From an uncultured bacterium (GTDB lineage: Bacteria; Acidobacteriota; Thermoanaerobaculia; Multivoradales; JAHZIX01), in NCBI GenBank assembly GCA_965368975.1, contig CBDUPA010000010.1, forward strand, positions 96,001-160,000: a stretch of 64,000 bases of DNA, written 5' to 3'. Shown here in pieces: positions 41,338 through 51,382 of the stretch. Each line of letters begins with the position of its first letter. The first letter of the stretch is position 1. The notes under the pieces are model-generated. The model had not been told where the DNA came from. It searched no databases and worked only from the letters and a program-made list of their open reading frames with translations. Made by a program: the position numbers and the translations under genes.

Positions 41338-43284
41338 TCAGGCAGGAATCGGCCCGCGACGCTCGCTCTCTGACGGCAAAGGTGACGGCGCAGCAGACGA
41401 CGCAGCCGTACTCGGCTTGCCGGAGCGTTGGTAGCCAGGCACCAGGTCGGTGAACAGCCGCAGCACCGTCTCGACATCCTCGGCCGCGGCAGCAGCACCC
41501 AGACGCTCGACGTAGTCGTCGAGATCGGCACGCGGAGCCGGGCACTCGGCGACCGAAATCTTGCGGTCGACGCGCTGGTTGTTCTCTTCCTCCTCGGTGA
41601 GCAGCTCCTCGTACAGCTTCTCGCCCGGCCGCAGACCGACAATCTCGAGCTTGATGTCGACGTCCGGTGCCAGCCCGGACATCGTGATCATGTGCCGCGC
41701 CAGATCCAGGATCTTGATCTGCTCGCCCATCTCCAGCACACACAGCTCACCGTAGTCCGCGTAACCTGCCTTGAGCACCAGGCCGACCGCCTCACTGATG
41801 GTCATGAAGTAGCGTCGCACATCCGGATGCGTGACGGTCACCGGCCCACCAGCGGCGATCTGCTCACGGAACAGCGGCACCACCGAGCCGGCCGAGTCGA
41901 GCACGTTACCGAAGCGGACGGCCGTAAAGCGCGTCTTCGATCGCCGCGCCATCGAGCGCACCAGCATCTCCCCGACGCGCTTGCTGGCTCCCATGACGCT
42001 GGTCGGCCGCACGGCCTTGTCGGTGGAGATGAAGACGAAGCGTTCGGCCCCGAAATCGTGTGCCGCACGCGCCACGTGTCGCGTCCCCAACACGTTGTTC
42101 TTCACCGCCTCGCAGGGCGCTTGCTCCATCAGCGGTACGTGCTTGTGCGCGGCAGCGTGGAAGACGTCCTCAGGACGGTAGCGCTCGAACAGCTTGCGCA
42201 CCCGCGTCTCGTCGCGCACATCGGCGACCTCGGCCAGTACCTCGATCTCGGGATGTTCGCGCGCGAAGCGGCGCTTGAGCAGGTACATGCCGTTCTCGTT
42301 CATGTCGACCAGAACCAGCTGGCGCACTCCTGCTTCCAGCAACTGCTTGCAGATCTCGCTGCCGATCGAGCCGGCGCCGCCCGTGACCAACGCCACGCGC
42401 GAAACGATCGCGGCGGCGTCTTCACTGGTGGCGAAGCACACGGGTTCGCGCGGCAGCAGGTCCTCCGTCGAAAGATCCTGCAGCATCGAGGCCGAGGGCC
42501 GGTTATGGAAGTAGGTGTAGGACACCGGCAACATCTTGAACCGCAGCTTGAGGTCGGCACACACCGAGAGAATCTCGCGAATGCGCTGGGCAGAGAGTTC
42601 AGGGATCGCGATCAGCAGCTGCTCTACCTGGTGGCGCGAGACGATCTGCGGCAGCTGGGCGATACCGCCCAAGATCGGTTTGCCGTAGACGATCGTGCCG
42701 TGCTTGGTCGGATCGTCGTCGACAAACGCCACCACCTGGTAATGATGATCGTGCGAGCGTTGCAGGTCGCGCAGCAGCATCTCACCGGAGGCTCCGCCGC
42801 CGAGAATGACGGTGCGGGCCACGGTCGTCCGGCGCGCGCGGTCGCGGTCGGCGCGGTACATCCAGGCCAGGCGAGGCGCGAACCGTAGTGCCGCCATCAG
42901 CGCGACACTCAGCAGCAGCTCCAAGACCACCGCAGAGCGCGGCGGGAAGGTCAGCCGCGTCAGGAACAGGCCCATGACGAACAAGCCGGTACCGAGCAGT
43001 CCACTCAAGCCCACTCGCGCGCCGTCCGTCAAGCCCGAGAAGCGGAACGACCAGCGATGCACGCGCAGCAAGGCGCTGGCGGTGATGCGCGCCGCCGCCA
43101 GCAGCAGTAGGACCCAGCCCAGGTCTTTCCACCACGCGGCCGGGATGGCTCCCTCGAAGCGTAGGAGCAGGGCGAGCCACAACGACAACGCACCGAGAAA
43201 ACCATCGACCAGCAGGATGACGGCCTGGCGCAGCGGCGCCGAGCGCAGGAGACGATCACGAAGTTTTAGGTTGGCAGGAGTCAT
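41338..43284 (-). CDS. Membrane-anchored UDP-GlcNAc 4,6-dehydratase (PglF/WbpM/CapD family)
   Basis: N-terminal TMs; TGGAGSIGSE, HAAAHKHVP, ISTDKAV, MGASK, VRFGNVL, GLRPGEKLYEEL. Confidence 0.92.
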   Translation of the reverse strand: MTPANLKLRDRLLRSAPLRQAVILLVDGFLGALSLWLALLLRFEGAIPAAWWKDLGWVLLLLAAARITASALLRVHRWSFRFSGLTDGARVGLSGLLGTGLFVMGLFLTRLTFPPRSAVVLELLLSVALMAALRFAPRLAWMYRADRDRARRTTVARTVILGGGASGEMLLRDLQRSHDHHYQVVAFVDDDPTKHGTIVYGKPILGGIAQLPQIVSRHQVEQLLIAIPELSAQRIREILSVCADLKLRFKMLPVSYTYFHNRPSASMLQDLSTEDLLPREPVCFATSEDAAAIVSRVALVTGGAGSIGSEICKQLLEAGVRQLVLVDMNENGMYLLKRRFAREHPEIEVLAEVADVRDETRVRKLFERYRPEDVFHAAAHKHVPLMEQAPCEAVKNNVLGTRHVARAAHDFGAERFVFISTDKAVRPTSVMGASKRVGEMLVRSMARRSKTRFTAVRFGNVLDSAGSVVPLFREQIAAGGPVTVTHPDVRRYFMTISEAVGLVLKAGYADYGELCVLEMGEQIKILDLARHMITMSGLAPDVDIKLEIVGLRPGEKLYEELLTEEEENNQRVDRKISVAECPAPRADLDDYVERLGAAAAAEDVETVLRLFTDLVPGYQRSGKPSTAASSAAPSPLPSESERRGPIPA

Positions 43285-43433
43285 TCTCGGAGCTCGAGAT
43301 GGGCCACACAAGGCCCGAAGATAGAAAGTCGATCACGAGATCGCAGTACAGGTCGCTCGAGGGACCGTAGGATCGTTCGACCAAGGATCGCAAGAGATGT
43401 TGTCAATTCAGCATATCACGAAGACAATTCGAG

Positions 43434-44519
43434 TCAGCCTATCGACGCAGGACCGACCGACTGCCGCTCGCGTACGAGCGTGAAGCCCAACTGCAACACG
43501 AAGAGACCTCCCGCCGCCGCCAGCGCCCAGCCATCCGCCTGCCGAGTCAGGGCCAGCGTCGACGTCAGAACGGCCATTGCGCCGACCCCCGCGGCCACGG
43601 TCGCATGCCCCACACCACTCTGCACCAATCGCTGGTAGAGATGGCTCCGATGCGCCTGCCAGACTCGCTCACCACGCAGCAAGCGACGCAGCAGGGTGAA
43701 GGTCGCGTCAGCGAGAAAAGGCCAGAGGAAAAGAGCCACGTAGGGAATCAGCACGGCGGCCGTGAGCTGCCATTCGGCGGCAGGCTGGGAGGCGCCAGGC
43801 GTTGCCCCGAAGGTGAACGGAGCGGCGGCGACTAGGAGACCGAGAGAGCCGCTGCCCACATCCCCCAAGAACACCCGTGCCGGACGCCGCGCGCGCCAGT
43901 TGAACACCAGAAAGCCAGCACTCGCAGCTGCTAGCGCCGGGCCGAGCCAGCCCCAACACCCTGAAGCATGCAAGCCGTGATGCAGAACGCCCAGCGCCAC
44001 TCCGGCGATCAGCAGCTGCAAGCCGGTGATGCCGTCGATACCGTCCATGAAGTTGACAAAGTTGAGGACCGCCACCAGCCACAAGACGGCGAGTACCAAC
44101 CCCAGGGCCGCCGGCACCTCGACATCGAACGGCGCCGGCAGCGGCAGGCGCGACAGGCCGCCCGCCGGCACAGCGACGAGCAAGGCTGCCCCCAGGTGGA
44201 CAGCCAGACGGACACCGGAGGGAACGCTGCGGCGGTCGTCGAGCATCCCGACCACGGCTACCGCCGCCACCGCCGCGACTAGATTCCAAGGTGGCAGATT
44301 CCAAGGTGGTAGAAGCTCTCCACTCCACAACGCCACGACCGCACCAGCTGCCAGCAACCCCACAAGGATTCCCAGCCCACCACCACGCGGTGTCGGGATC
44401 TCGTGCGACGAGCGCTCGTTCGGCTGGTCCAGCAATTCGGCTCGGCGCAGCCAGCCGATCAACCAGCCGGTGGCCAGAGTGGAGACGACCAGCGCCGCGA
44501 CAGTGGGCAACCAAAGCAT
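43434..44519 (-). CDS. Polyprenyl-phosphate sugar-1-phosphate transferase (MraY/WecA/WbpL family)
   Basis: DQPNERSSH..PTPRGGG, LDD, NFMDGIDG, FLGDVGS, AHRSHLYQ. Confidence 0.9.
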   Translation of the reverse strand: MLWLPTVAALVVSTLATGWLIGWLRRAELLDQPNERSSHEIPTPRGGGLGILVGLLAAGAVVALWSGELLPPWNLPPWNLVAAVAAVAVVGMLDDRRSVPSGVRLAVHLGAALLVAVPAGGLSRLPLPAPFDVEVPAALGLVLAVLWLVAVLNFVNFMDGIDGITGLQLLIAGVALGVLHHGLHASGCWGWLGPALAAASAGFLVFNWRARRPARVFLGDVGSGSLGLLVAAAPFTFGATPGASQPAAEWQLTAAVLIPYVALFLWPFLADATFTLLRRLLRGERVWQAHRSHLYQRLVQSGVGHATVAAGVGAMAVLTSTLALTRQADGWALAAAGGLFVLQLGFTLVRERQSVGPASIG

Positions 44520-45520
44520 CAGCGCTCCTCTCTCCCCTGCACCGACTTTCCCTGCACCGCGTCGTGCTCCAGGATCGCCGGTGCCAGCTGCGTCAGGTCG
44601 ACGGTCGGACGCCAGCCGGTGGCCGCCTCGAACGGTGCTCCGTCATAGACGGCATCCTCATCGAGCTTGGCCAGCACCTCTGAAGACCAGGGCAAGGGGC
44701 GCCCGAGCCAGCGCTCCCCCATGTCTCCGAGACGCGCCAGCAGACGTAGCGGGGCTCGCGGCCCCCACAGCGGGACCGCCCCCAGATGCGCGGCGTGACA
44801 CAGCGTCTCGCCGATCTCACGCAGGCTGTAAGGACGAGCGTCCGTGACGGTGAAGCGGTGGAACCCGCCTTGCAGTACGGCCTCCTCAAGCGTCGCCAGC
44901 ACGGCGGAAGCAGCATTGGGAGCAGCCAGTAGGGTGCGCCGGGCGACACCGCCGCCGATGTGCAGCGCGCAGCCGCGGCTCGCCAGCCACACCAGGCGTC
45001 CGAAATTGGCGCGCACTCCCGGTCCGTAGAGCAGGGGCAAGCGCAACGCGACCCCAGTGTGAGCCCTGGACTCCGCGGTCCAATCGCGCACCAAGGCTTC
45101 GGCCTGCCGCTTGGCCTGGCCGTAAAGCTTGTCGGATTCTCCACCTTCGTCTCGACTCCCGGCAAGGACGCTCGAGACCAGCACGACGCGCGACACTTGC
45201 CAGCTTGACGCGAGTTGCAGCACACGCCGCGTGCCCTCGACGTTGACTTGCCGCACGCGCGCTGCCATGTCCGGGCCCGGACGCGAATGCGCCAGCGCGG
45301 CGGCGTGGACGATGGCCGCGGGAGGCTCGCCGACAAGTTGCAGGCTCGCAGCAGCCTCGTCACCGATGTCGACCTGCCGCCATTGAACGGCGGGGCAGGA
45401 AAGCTCTCCAGGGTGCCGCCGGTACCAGGCTTCAACGTGCCAGCCGGTCGCCACCGCGGCCTCGACCAAGTAGCCGCCCAGGAATCCGCTGGCCCCGGTG
45501 ATCACAAGGCGGCGAGTCAT
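44519..45520 (-). CDS. NAD-dependent epimerase/dehydratase (WbpK/WbpV-like sugar reductase)
   Basis: TGASGFLG, YGQAK, LRLPLLYGPGVRANF. Confidence 0.85.
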   Translation of the reverse strand: MTRRLVITGASGFLGGYLVEAAVATGWHVEAWYRRHPGELSCPAVQWRQVDIGDEAAASLQLVGEPPAAIVHAAALAHSRPGPDMAARVRQVNVEGTRRVLQLASSWQVSRVVLVSSVLAGSRDEGGESDKLYGQAKRQAEALVRDWTAESRAHTGVALRLPLLYGPGVRANFGRLVWLASRGCALHIGGGVARRTLLAAPNAASAVLATLEEAVLQGGFHRFTVTDARPYSLREIGETLCHAAHLGAVPLWGPRAPLRLLARLGDMGERWLGRPLPWSSEVLAKLDEDAVYDGAPFEAATGWRPTVDLTQLAPAILEHDAVQGKSVQGREER

Positions 45521-46809
45521 GCTTGCACCTCACCGGACGTCCGTAGCAGTTCGGCGTAGAGCTCCAGGGTCTGCCGGTGCACCACGTCCTGGCTCAGCTC
45601 GCGGCACACCAGCTCACGGGCCCCCGCGGCCAGGCGTCGACGTCGCTCGGGATCACTCAGCAGGGCTTCGAGGGCATCCGCCAGTGCAGCGGCGTCGCGC
45701 ACGGGCACGAGGACTCCACTCACCTCCGGCTGGGCGATCTCGCGACAGCCCGGAATGTCCGTCGCGATCAAGGCTCGCTCACAGGCCGCGGCCTCGAGCA
45801 ACGACTTCGGCAACCCCTCATGGTAGCTCGGCAACACGGCCAGCAGGCTCTCGGCCCACACCTCGCGCACGTCCGCGACCTCACCCCGCCATTCAACCAG
45901 GCCTTCGTCCTGCCAGCGCTGTAGGGTGATTTCGTCCAGACACGCGGGATTCACTGGATCCCGGCGGCCGGCGAGCAGGCCACGCACCGGTTGACCGTCG
46001 ACGGCGAAGCCCCGGTCACGCAACAAGCGCAGGGCCTCGACGAACTCGACCACGCCCTTGTCGCGCAGCATACGACCGACCAGCGCCACCGTCGGAGGAA
46101 GCGCAGCGGCGCTCGGGTCCGAGTGTGCAGGTTCCGGGAGGGCATGGAAGTGCTCGACATCGACCCCCGAGCCACGCACCAGGCGCAGCGTCGAGGCAGG
46201 CAGCGACGCTTGTAGCCGTTCGAAGGTCTCAGGATTCTGCACCACCGTACGAACACTCTTCCCTCGAAACCATAGGCGCAACCAGAAACGCACCAGCGTC
46301 CGCACCACACGGTGCTTCCAGCCGCGAGCGAAGAAGAGATAGCCCAGGCCGCCAAAGGTATTGAGCACCGGAACACCGGCCAGACGACCAGCGCAGGTAC
46401 CGAGCAGGCACGGCTTCAGCGCCACGTTGTGGACCAGCCGCGGCCGCACCCGGCGCAAGATGCGCCACAAGGCCCAGACACCCGCCAGCGCACGGTCGGG
46501 CCGTAGACTGGAACGATCGAGCTGAAACGACACCAGGTGCAGCCCCGCGTCGGTGATCTCCCGAGCCCGCGTCCCCGGGCGTGTGGCAACCCAGACGTCG
46601 TACCCCGCGTCACGGGCGGCCAGGGCCAGCGGCAGACGATGTGACAGGAAGTACCAATCTTCGGTCACCACAAGCAGCAGGCGCGGCGCGTCTCCGGTCG
46701 GCCCCGGAGAGACTTCATCAGGTACCTGGCACCTCAAGATACGGCCTCGCGACCCAGGAACCGAATTATACTCAGCTTCATAGCCAAAAAGCCGAACATC
46801 ATTCGTCAT
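45517..46809 (-). CDS. Glycosyltransferase family 4
   Basis: TEDWYFLSHRL, GRMLRDKG, PSYHEGLPKSLLEA; start uncertain. Confidence 0.88.
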   Translation of the reverse strand: MTNDVRLFGYEAEYNSVPGSRGRILRCQVPDEVSPGPTGDAPRLLLVVTEDWYFLSHRLPLALAARDAGYDVWVATRPGTRAREITDAGLHLVSFQLDRSSLRPDRALAGVWALWRILRRVRPRLVHNVALKPCLLGTCAGRLAGVPVLNTFGGLGYLFFARGWKHRVVRTLVRFWLRLWFRGKSVRTVVQNPETFERLQASLPASTLRLVRGSGVDVEHFHALPEPAHSDPSAAALPPTVALVGRMLRDKGVVEFVEALRLLRDRGFAVDGQPVRGLLAGRRDPVNPACLDEITLQRWQDEGLVEWRGEVADVREVWAESLLAVLPSYHEGLPKSLLEAAACERALIATDIPGCREIAQPEVSGVLVPVRDAAALADALEALLSDPERRRRLAAGARELVCRELSQDVVHRQTLELYAELLRTSGEVQA

Positions 46810-47752
46810 CCGCCCTGAAACCATAGCCATAGCGAAGCATCAACCACCCCCCCAACCGGCCGATGCGACGCTGTTCGTCACGACTCAAGCCCTGCCGCCA
46901 AGAGGTGTCCTCGCGTAGCCGCAGAGGTCCCCCCAGGCGCAGGCGATTGCCCGCGACCTGGTGTCCGGCAGCCACCGCCTCGCCGGCAGCGACCGAACGC
47001 GCGACATCGCTCAAGTCGACGCCGGCTAGCTCGCCCAGGCGCACCAGCTCCGCTTCAGGTGCGTGGGTCAGATCTTCGTAGCGCAGCTGCAGACGGTTCT
47101 CCGGCGTCAGCTCACGCCAGGCCAGCCATTCGGTCGCCAGGTTCATGCCGTACCAGCCGAGCACCGAGCGGTCGACCGGCGTCGACGGCAGATCGTGCTG
47201 GACGCCGGCAGCGACGTCCTTCTGCAAACTCTTCTTGCGCGACCAGGCGACGCCGCGCAGATCGCGCACCAGGTGCACCAGGCGTAGGTCGCACCAGGGC
47301 ATGTGTGCCAGCGCCCAGGCGCGTGCCGGTAGCTTGGAGGCATCGACGATCACTCGGCTGCCGGCAGCCTCGCTCACGGCGCGCAGAAGCCGGAACGTCA
47401 GCTCGCTGTAGCGCTCGAAGGCCGCCGAGTTCCAGGCCAGGTCACCGAACATCGACGGCAGAGCGCGGTGTCCCTCGAAGCGATGTTGCAGCGCCACGTA
47501 CTCGTCCAGCAGGCCTTCTTCATCGGCCACGGAAGCGTACCAGCGCTCGCGAACCTCGGTCCAAAACGGGCACGCCGTTCCCAGCTCGCCGCACGCGCAG
47601 TACTGATCGGGCGACCAACGAGTGCGCGTCAAGTTGCACAGCTCCCCGGGGCTGACCAGGTCAGGATGGCGATCGAGCAAGATACTCAGAACGGTCGAGC
47701 CACTGCGGCCCGACCCTGCGATGTAGAGCACCCGAATCTGCGTGTCTGGCAT
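46799..47752 (-). CDS. PAPS-dependent sulfotransferase
   Basis: 5'-PSB loop GSGRSGST; HLVRD..GVAWS; LRYEDL. Confidence 0.88.
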   Translation of the reverse strand: MPDTQIRVLYIAGSGRSGSTVLSILLDRHPDLVSPGELCNLTRTRWSPDQYCACGELGTACPFWTEVRERWYASVADEEGLLDEYVALQHRFEGHRALPSMFGDLAWNSAAFERYSELTFRLLRAVSEAAGSRVIVDASKLPARAWALAHMPWCDLRLVHLVRDLRGVAWSRKKSLQKDVAAGVQHDLPSTPVDRSVLGWYGMNLATEWLAWRELTPENRLQLRYEDLTHAPEAELVRLGELAGVDLSDVARSVAAGEAVAAGHQVAGNRLRLGGPLRLREDTSWRQGLSRDEQRRIGRLGGWLMLRYGYGFRADDE

Positions 47753-47775
47753 GACGACTTGCTACGGTTCGAGGC

Positions 47776-49821
47776 TCAGGCCGCGACCTGCGAAGACTCC
47801 ATCGACGATCCGTGATGACGTTCGAGCCATTGCTGGAAGACCAGCACGTCCCAAAGCCAGTAGTGCCAGTCACGTTGACCACCGAGGTGGTCTGCCCAGA
47901 GCTGGCGGATCGGTTCCGGCTGCAGCCATCCCTGGTCGCGCAGCCGCCGTTCGTCGAGCAGTTCTTCGGCCCACGGCCGCAGCGGTCCGCGCAGCCAATC
48001 GGCGAGCGGCACACCGAAGCCCATCTTGGGGCGCTCGATCAACTCGATCGGCAAGTGACGGGCGAGGATCTGGCGCAGCGCCCACTTGCCCTGTCCAGCT
48101 CCGGAGCCCTTGCCCGAACCACGCCCCTGACGCACCTTGAGTCGGCGCGGCAGACGCCAGGCCAGCTCCATCACGTGATGATCGAGCAGCGGCACCCGGC
48201 ACTCCAGGCCCACCGCCATGCTGGCACGGTCGACCTTGGTCAAGATGTCGTCCGGCAGGTAAGTGATCAGGTCCAGGTACATCATGTGATCGAGAATGTG
48301 CGGCACCTCGGGCCAAGCACTGGCGTCGGAGAGAGGCGTCGCTGGCTCGTGCCCACCCAGGACCACATCGTCCGGCCGCCGCCAATGCGACACCAGGCGC
48401 AGGTAGACGTCCTGGGGCTGTCGTAGGGTCAGCAGCTCGGTCAGCTTGTGCAGCTTGTCCCCCATCGAGAAGCGGCTGCGACGCCCCAGAAGACGCGGTC
48501 CCAGCCAGCCGAACAGGCCGTCCAGCACAGGGATCGGCACCCGTCGCAGCCCGCCGGCGACCAGCGTCCGAGCGGGGGCCGGTACACGGCGCATGGAACG
48601 CCACAGCTGCTGCAGCTGGAAGTAGCGGTGGTAGCCGCCGAACAGCTCGTCGCCGCCATCGCCGGACAGCGCAACGGTAACGTCGCGCCGTGCCAGCTGC
48701 GACACCAGGAAGGTAGGGACTTGGGAAACATCGGCGAACGGCTCGGTATAGATGTCCGCCAGCCGCGGCACGACGTCGAGCGCCTGCTGGCCGCTGACGT
48801 ACATCTCGGTGTGCTCTGTCCCCAGGTGTTCGGCGACGCGGCGCGCGAAGGGGGCTTCGTCGTAGCCCTCGGTGTCAAAGCCGATGCTGAAGGTACGCAC
48901 CGGCCGGGCGCTCTGGGACTGCATGAGGGCGACGACCAGCGAGGAGTCGATACCACCGGACAGAAAGGCGCCGAGCGGCACGTCGGACTCCAGGCGCAGG
49001 CGCACGGCCTCGCGCAGCTGATCTTCGAGGCGGTCGAGCAGCTCGCTGTCGCTCCCTTCGAGCGGCTCACGGACACCCTTCTCGACGATCGATCGAGCAT
49101 CCCAGAAGGCGGTAGGTTCGACCTCGGATCCGACAGCATGGCCTGACGCCACGGCGCGCCCGACATCCAACACCAGCAGGTGTGCCGGGGGCAGCTTACG
49201 GATGCCACGGTAGATCGAGTGCGGCGCCGGCACTGCCTTGAAGCGCAGGAACGACGCCAGCGCGTCGCGGTCGATCTCGCCGTCGAACGCAGGATGGGCC
49301 GCGAGTGCGCCGAGCTCAGAGCCGAAGACGAAGACACGCTGCCGGCCAGCTCCCATCCAGCCATAGTAGAGCGGCTTCTCACCGGCGCGATCACGCGCCA
49401 GGTAGAGACAGCGCTCGGCCCGATCCCAGAGCGCCAGCGCGAACATGCCGTTGGCGCGTTCGAGCGCCCCTTGGACACCCCAGCGGCAGCAGGCTTCGAG
49501 CAGCACTTCGGTGTCCGAATGGGTATCGAAGCTGTGTCCCAGGGCGCGCAGTTCCTGCTTCAGCGCGCGGAAGTTGTAGATCTCCCCGTTGAAACAGATG
49601 CAGTAGCGCCCATCGTGCGACCATTTGGGCTGACGGCCGCGTTCACTCAAATCGAGGATCGACAGCCGCCGGTGCCCGAAGCCGACACCGCTGTCCGGGT
49701 CGTACCAGACATCGGCATCGTCCGGCCCGCGGTGACGCAGGCGGTCGCTCATGGCGCGCAGGCGAGCCTTCGCTGCAGCTGGATCGAGGCCGGGATCGAG
49801 GTATCCGGTGATGCCGCACAT
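47776..49821 (-). CDS. asnB: Asparagine synthase-like glutamine amidotransferase (sugar amidation, WbpS-like)
   Basis: N-terminal MCGI, HRGPD, FNGEIYN, LSGGIDSS, SGDGGDELFGGY, KVDRASM, KMGF. Confidence 0.92.
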   Translation of the reverse strand: MCGITGYLDPGLDPAAAKARLRAMSDRLRHRGPDDADVWYDPDSGVGFGHRRLSILDLSERGRQPKWSHDGRYCICFNGEIYNFRALKQELRALGHSFDTHSDTEVLLEACCRWGVQGALERANGMFALALWDRAERCLYLARDRAGEKPLYYGWMGAGRQRVFVFGSELGALAAHPAFDGEIDRDALASFLRFKAVPAPHSIYRGIRKLPPAHLLVLDVGRAVASGHAVGSEVEPTAFWDARSIVEKGVREPLEGSDSELLDRLEDQLREAVRLRLESDVPLGAFLSGGIDSSLVVALMQSQSARPVRTFSIGFDTEGYDEAPFARRVAEHLGTEHTEMYVSGQQALDVVPRLADIYTEPFADVSQVPTFLVSQLARRDVTVALSGDGGDELFGGYHRYFQLQQLWRSMRRVPAPARTLVAGGLRRVPIPVLDGLFGWLGPRLLGRRSRFSMGDKLHKLTELLTLRQPQDVYLRLVSHWRRPDDVVLGGHEPATPLSDASAWPEVPHILDHMMYLDLITYLPDDILTKVDRASMAVGLECRVPLLDHHVMELAWRLPRRLKVRQGRGSGKGSGAGQGKWALRQILARHLPIELIERPKMGFGVPLADWLRGPLRPWAEELLDERRLRDQGWLQPEPIRQLWADHLGGQRDWHYWLWDVLVFQQWLERHHGSSMESSQVAA

Positions 49822-49836
49822 ATCGCTTCGTCGAGG

Positions 49837-51204
49837 TCAGTCCGTGGTCGCGGCGTTCGAGGTTGTGCGGATGCGTTCCGCGGGTTCCCCCCCGAGCACT
49901 TCGCGGTAGAGCCGATCATACCGCTGCGCGATGCTGGAGAGCGAATACTCGCGCTCGACCCGCTGCCGTGCCGCGGCGCCGGAGCGTCGACGCTGTTCGG
50001 GCGACAGCTGTAACTGACGCCCGATGGCGGCGGCCAGCGCTTCGGCATCATTCGGCGGCACGACCTCGGCTCCGGCGCTGTTGCGGGCACTCGCCGCGGA
50101 ACTGGCGCCAGCGATTTCCCGCGTATCGCCGACGTCGGTGACGACACACGGCACAGCGCAGGCCATTGCTTCGCCCAGCACATTGGGGAATCCCTCACTG
50201 TAGCGCGACGCACTGCACGCGACATCGAGTGCTGCGGTCAGGCGCGGCACGTCCGTGCGTTCGCCCAGCGCGTGGACCCGTGCGCCGAGCCCCCCCGACA
50301 GGTGCGCGGCCAGTTCCGGTGCCTGAACTGTCACCCCCCTGCCGGCGAGCAGGAAGTGCACGGGCGCCTCCCCATGTCGCTCTCGAGCCAACTCTTCAGC
50401 CAACTCCTCAGCCAACAGCCTGGCGGCCGCATCGAGAAACACACCGTGCCCCTTGACTGCATGCAACCGGCCGATCAACCCGACCAGACGCGTCTCGGCC
50501 GAGAGCCCCAGCTCGGCGCGCACCGAGGCTCGCGCGTCGGCGTCCGGACGGAAACGCTCCAGGTCGAAACCATTCGGGATGTAGCAGCGCCGCGCCTCAC
50601 GATAGCCCAGCTCCGCGTGCTGCTGCAGGGACAACCGCGAGTTGTAGATGCCCGCGTCGACTCGGGGCGACGCCGGCGCCCCGGCCCGGACGACCAGCCG
50701 CGTCCCGCGCTTCTCTTTCTCCAATTCGCCGATCGATTTGCGCACGTTCCACAACACCGGTACCGCCGCGGGCGCCGTCAGCACCGCCGCCAGGTTGCCG
50801 TGGTGCATCCAGCCTTGGATCAGATCTGGTCGCAGCGCGTGCAGGCGTGCCCACAGGCGCGGCAGGGCGCGCAGCAGCGACAGTGCCGACCCACGCCGCA
50901 CTCCCAACTCGACGACCTCGGCACCGGTCTGCCGTAGTCGCGGCACCAGTTCCCCGCCGGAGAGCAGCGAGACGACCGTCCAGCGGTACCGCTCTCCGAG
51001 TTCGGAGCCGGCCAGCCGCAAGAGCATCATTTCGGCGCCTCCGACGTCGAGGCCGGTGATCACGTGGGTCAAGTGAGGCTGGAACAAGCTGAGAATACCC
51101 TGGGCAACGGTGCGAAATTTGCGGGTTGGGACCGTCTCTTTCGTCAGGAGGCTCGAGTCTAGCACCGGGGGCCCATCCTGGGACACGCGATCGTCTCGGC
51201 CCAA
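49837..51204 (-). CDS. Glycosyltransferase family 4
   Basis: HVITGLDVGGAE, QGWMHHGNL, SEGFPNVLGEAMAC; the true start is probably downstream of 51204. Confidence 0.88.
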   Translation of the reverse strand: MGRDDRVSQDGPPVLDSSLLTKETVPTRKFRTVAQGILSLFQPHLTHVITGLDVGGAEMMLLRLAGSELGERYRWTVVSLLSGGELVPRLRQTGAEVVELGVRRGSALSLLRALPRLWARLHALRPDLIQGWMHHGNLAAVLTAPAAVPVLWNVRKSIGELEKEKRGTRLVVRAGAPASPRVDAGIYNSRLSLQQHAELGYREARRCYIPNGFDLERFRPDADARASVRAELGLSAETRLVGLIGRLHAVKGHGVFLDAAARLLAEELAEELARERHGEAPVHFLLAGRGVTVQAPELAAHLSGGLGARVHALGERTDVPRLTAALDVACSASRYSEGFPNVLGEAMACAVPCVVTDVGDTREIAGASSAASARNSAGAEVVPPNDAEALAAAIGRQLQLSPEQRRRSGAAARQRVEREYSLSSIAQRYDRLYREVLGGEPAERIRTTSNAATTD

Positions 51205-51382
51205 GCTGGGCGGGGATTTCCAAGAATTGACGACTCTTGAATGACTCCAAGCAATGCTGTATGCTCTCTCCTCATTAGAGACTCTGGCGAATTACACGGG
51301 CTACGTCGAGTCATCGAAGCTCTGCAGATCGGCCCCCTCCCGAGCTGCCCACTGAGATTTAAGGACTTTGGGAGATTTCTCC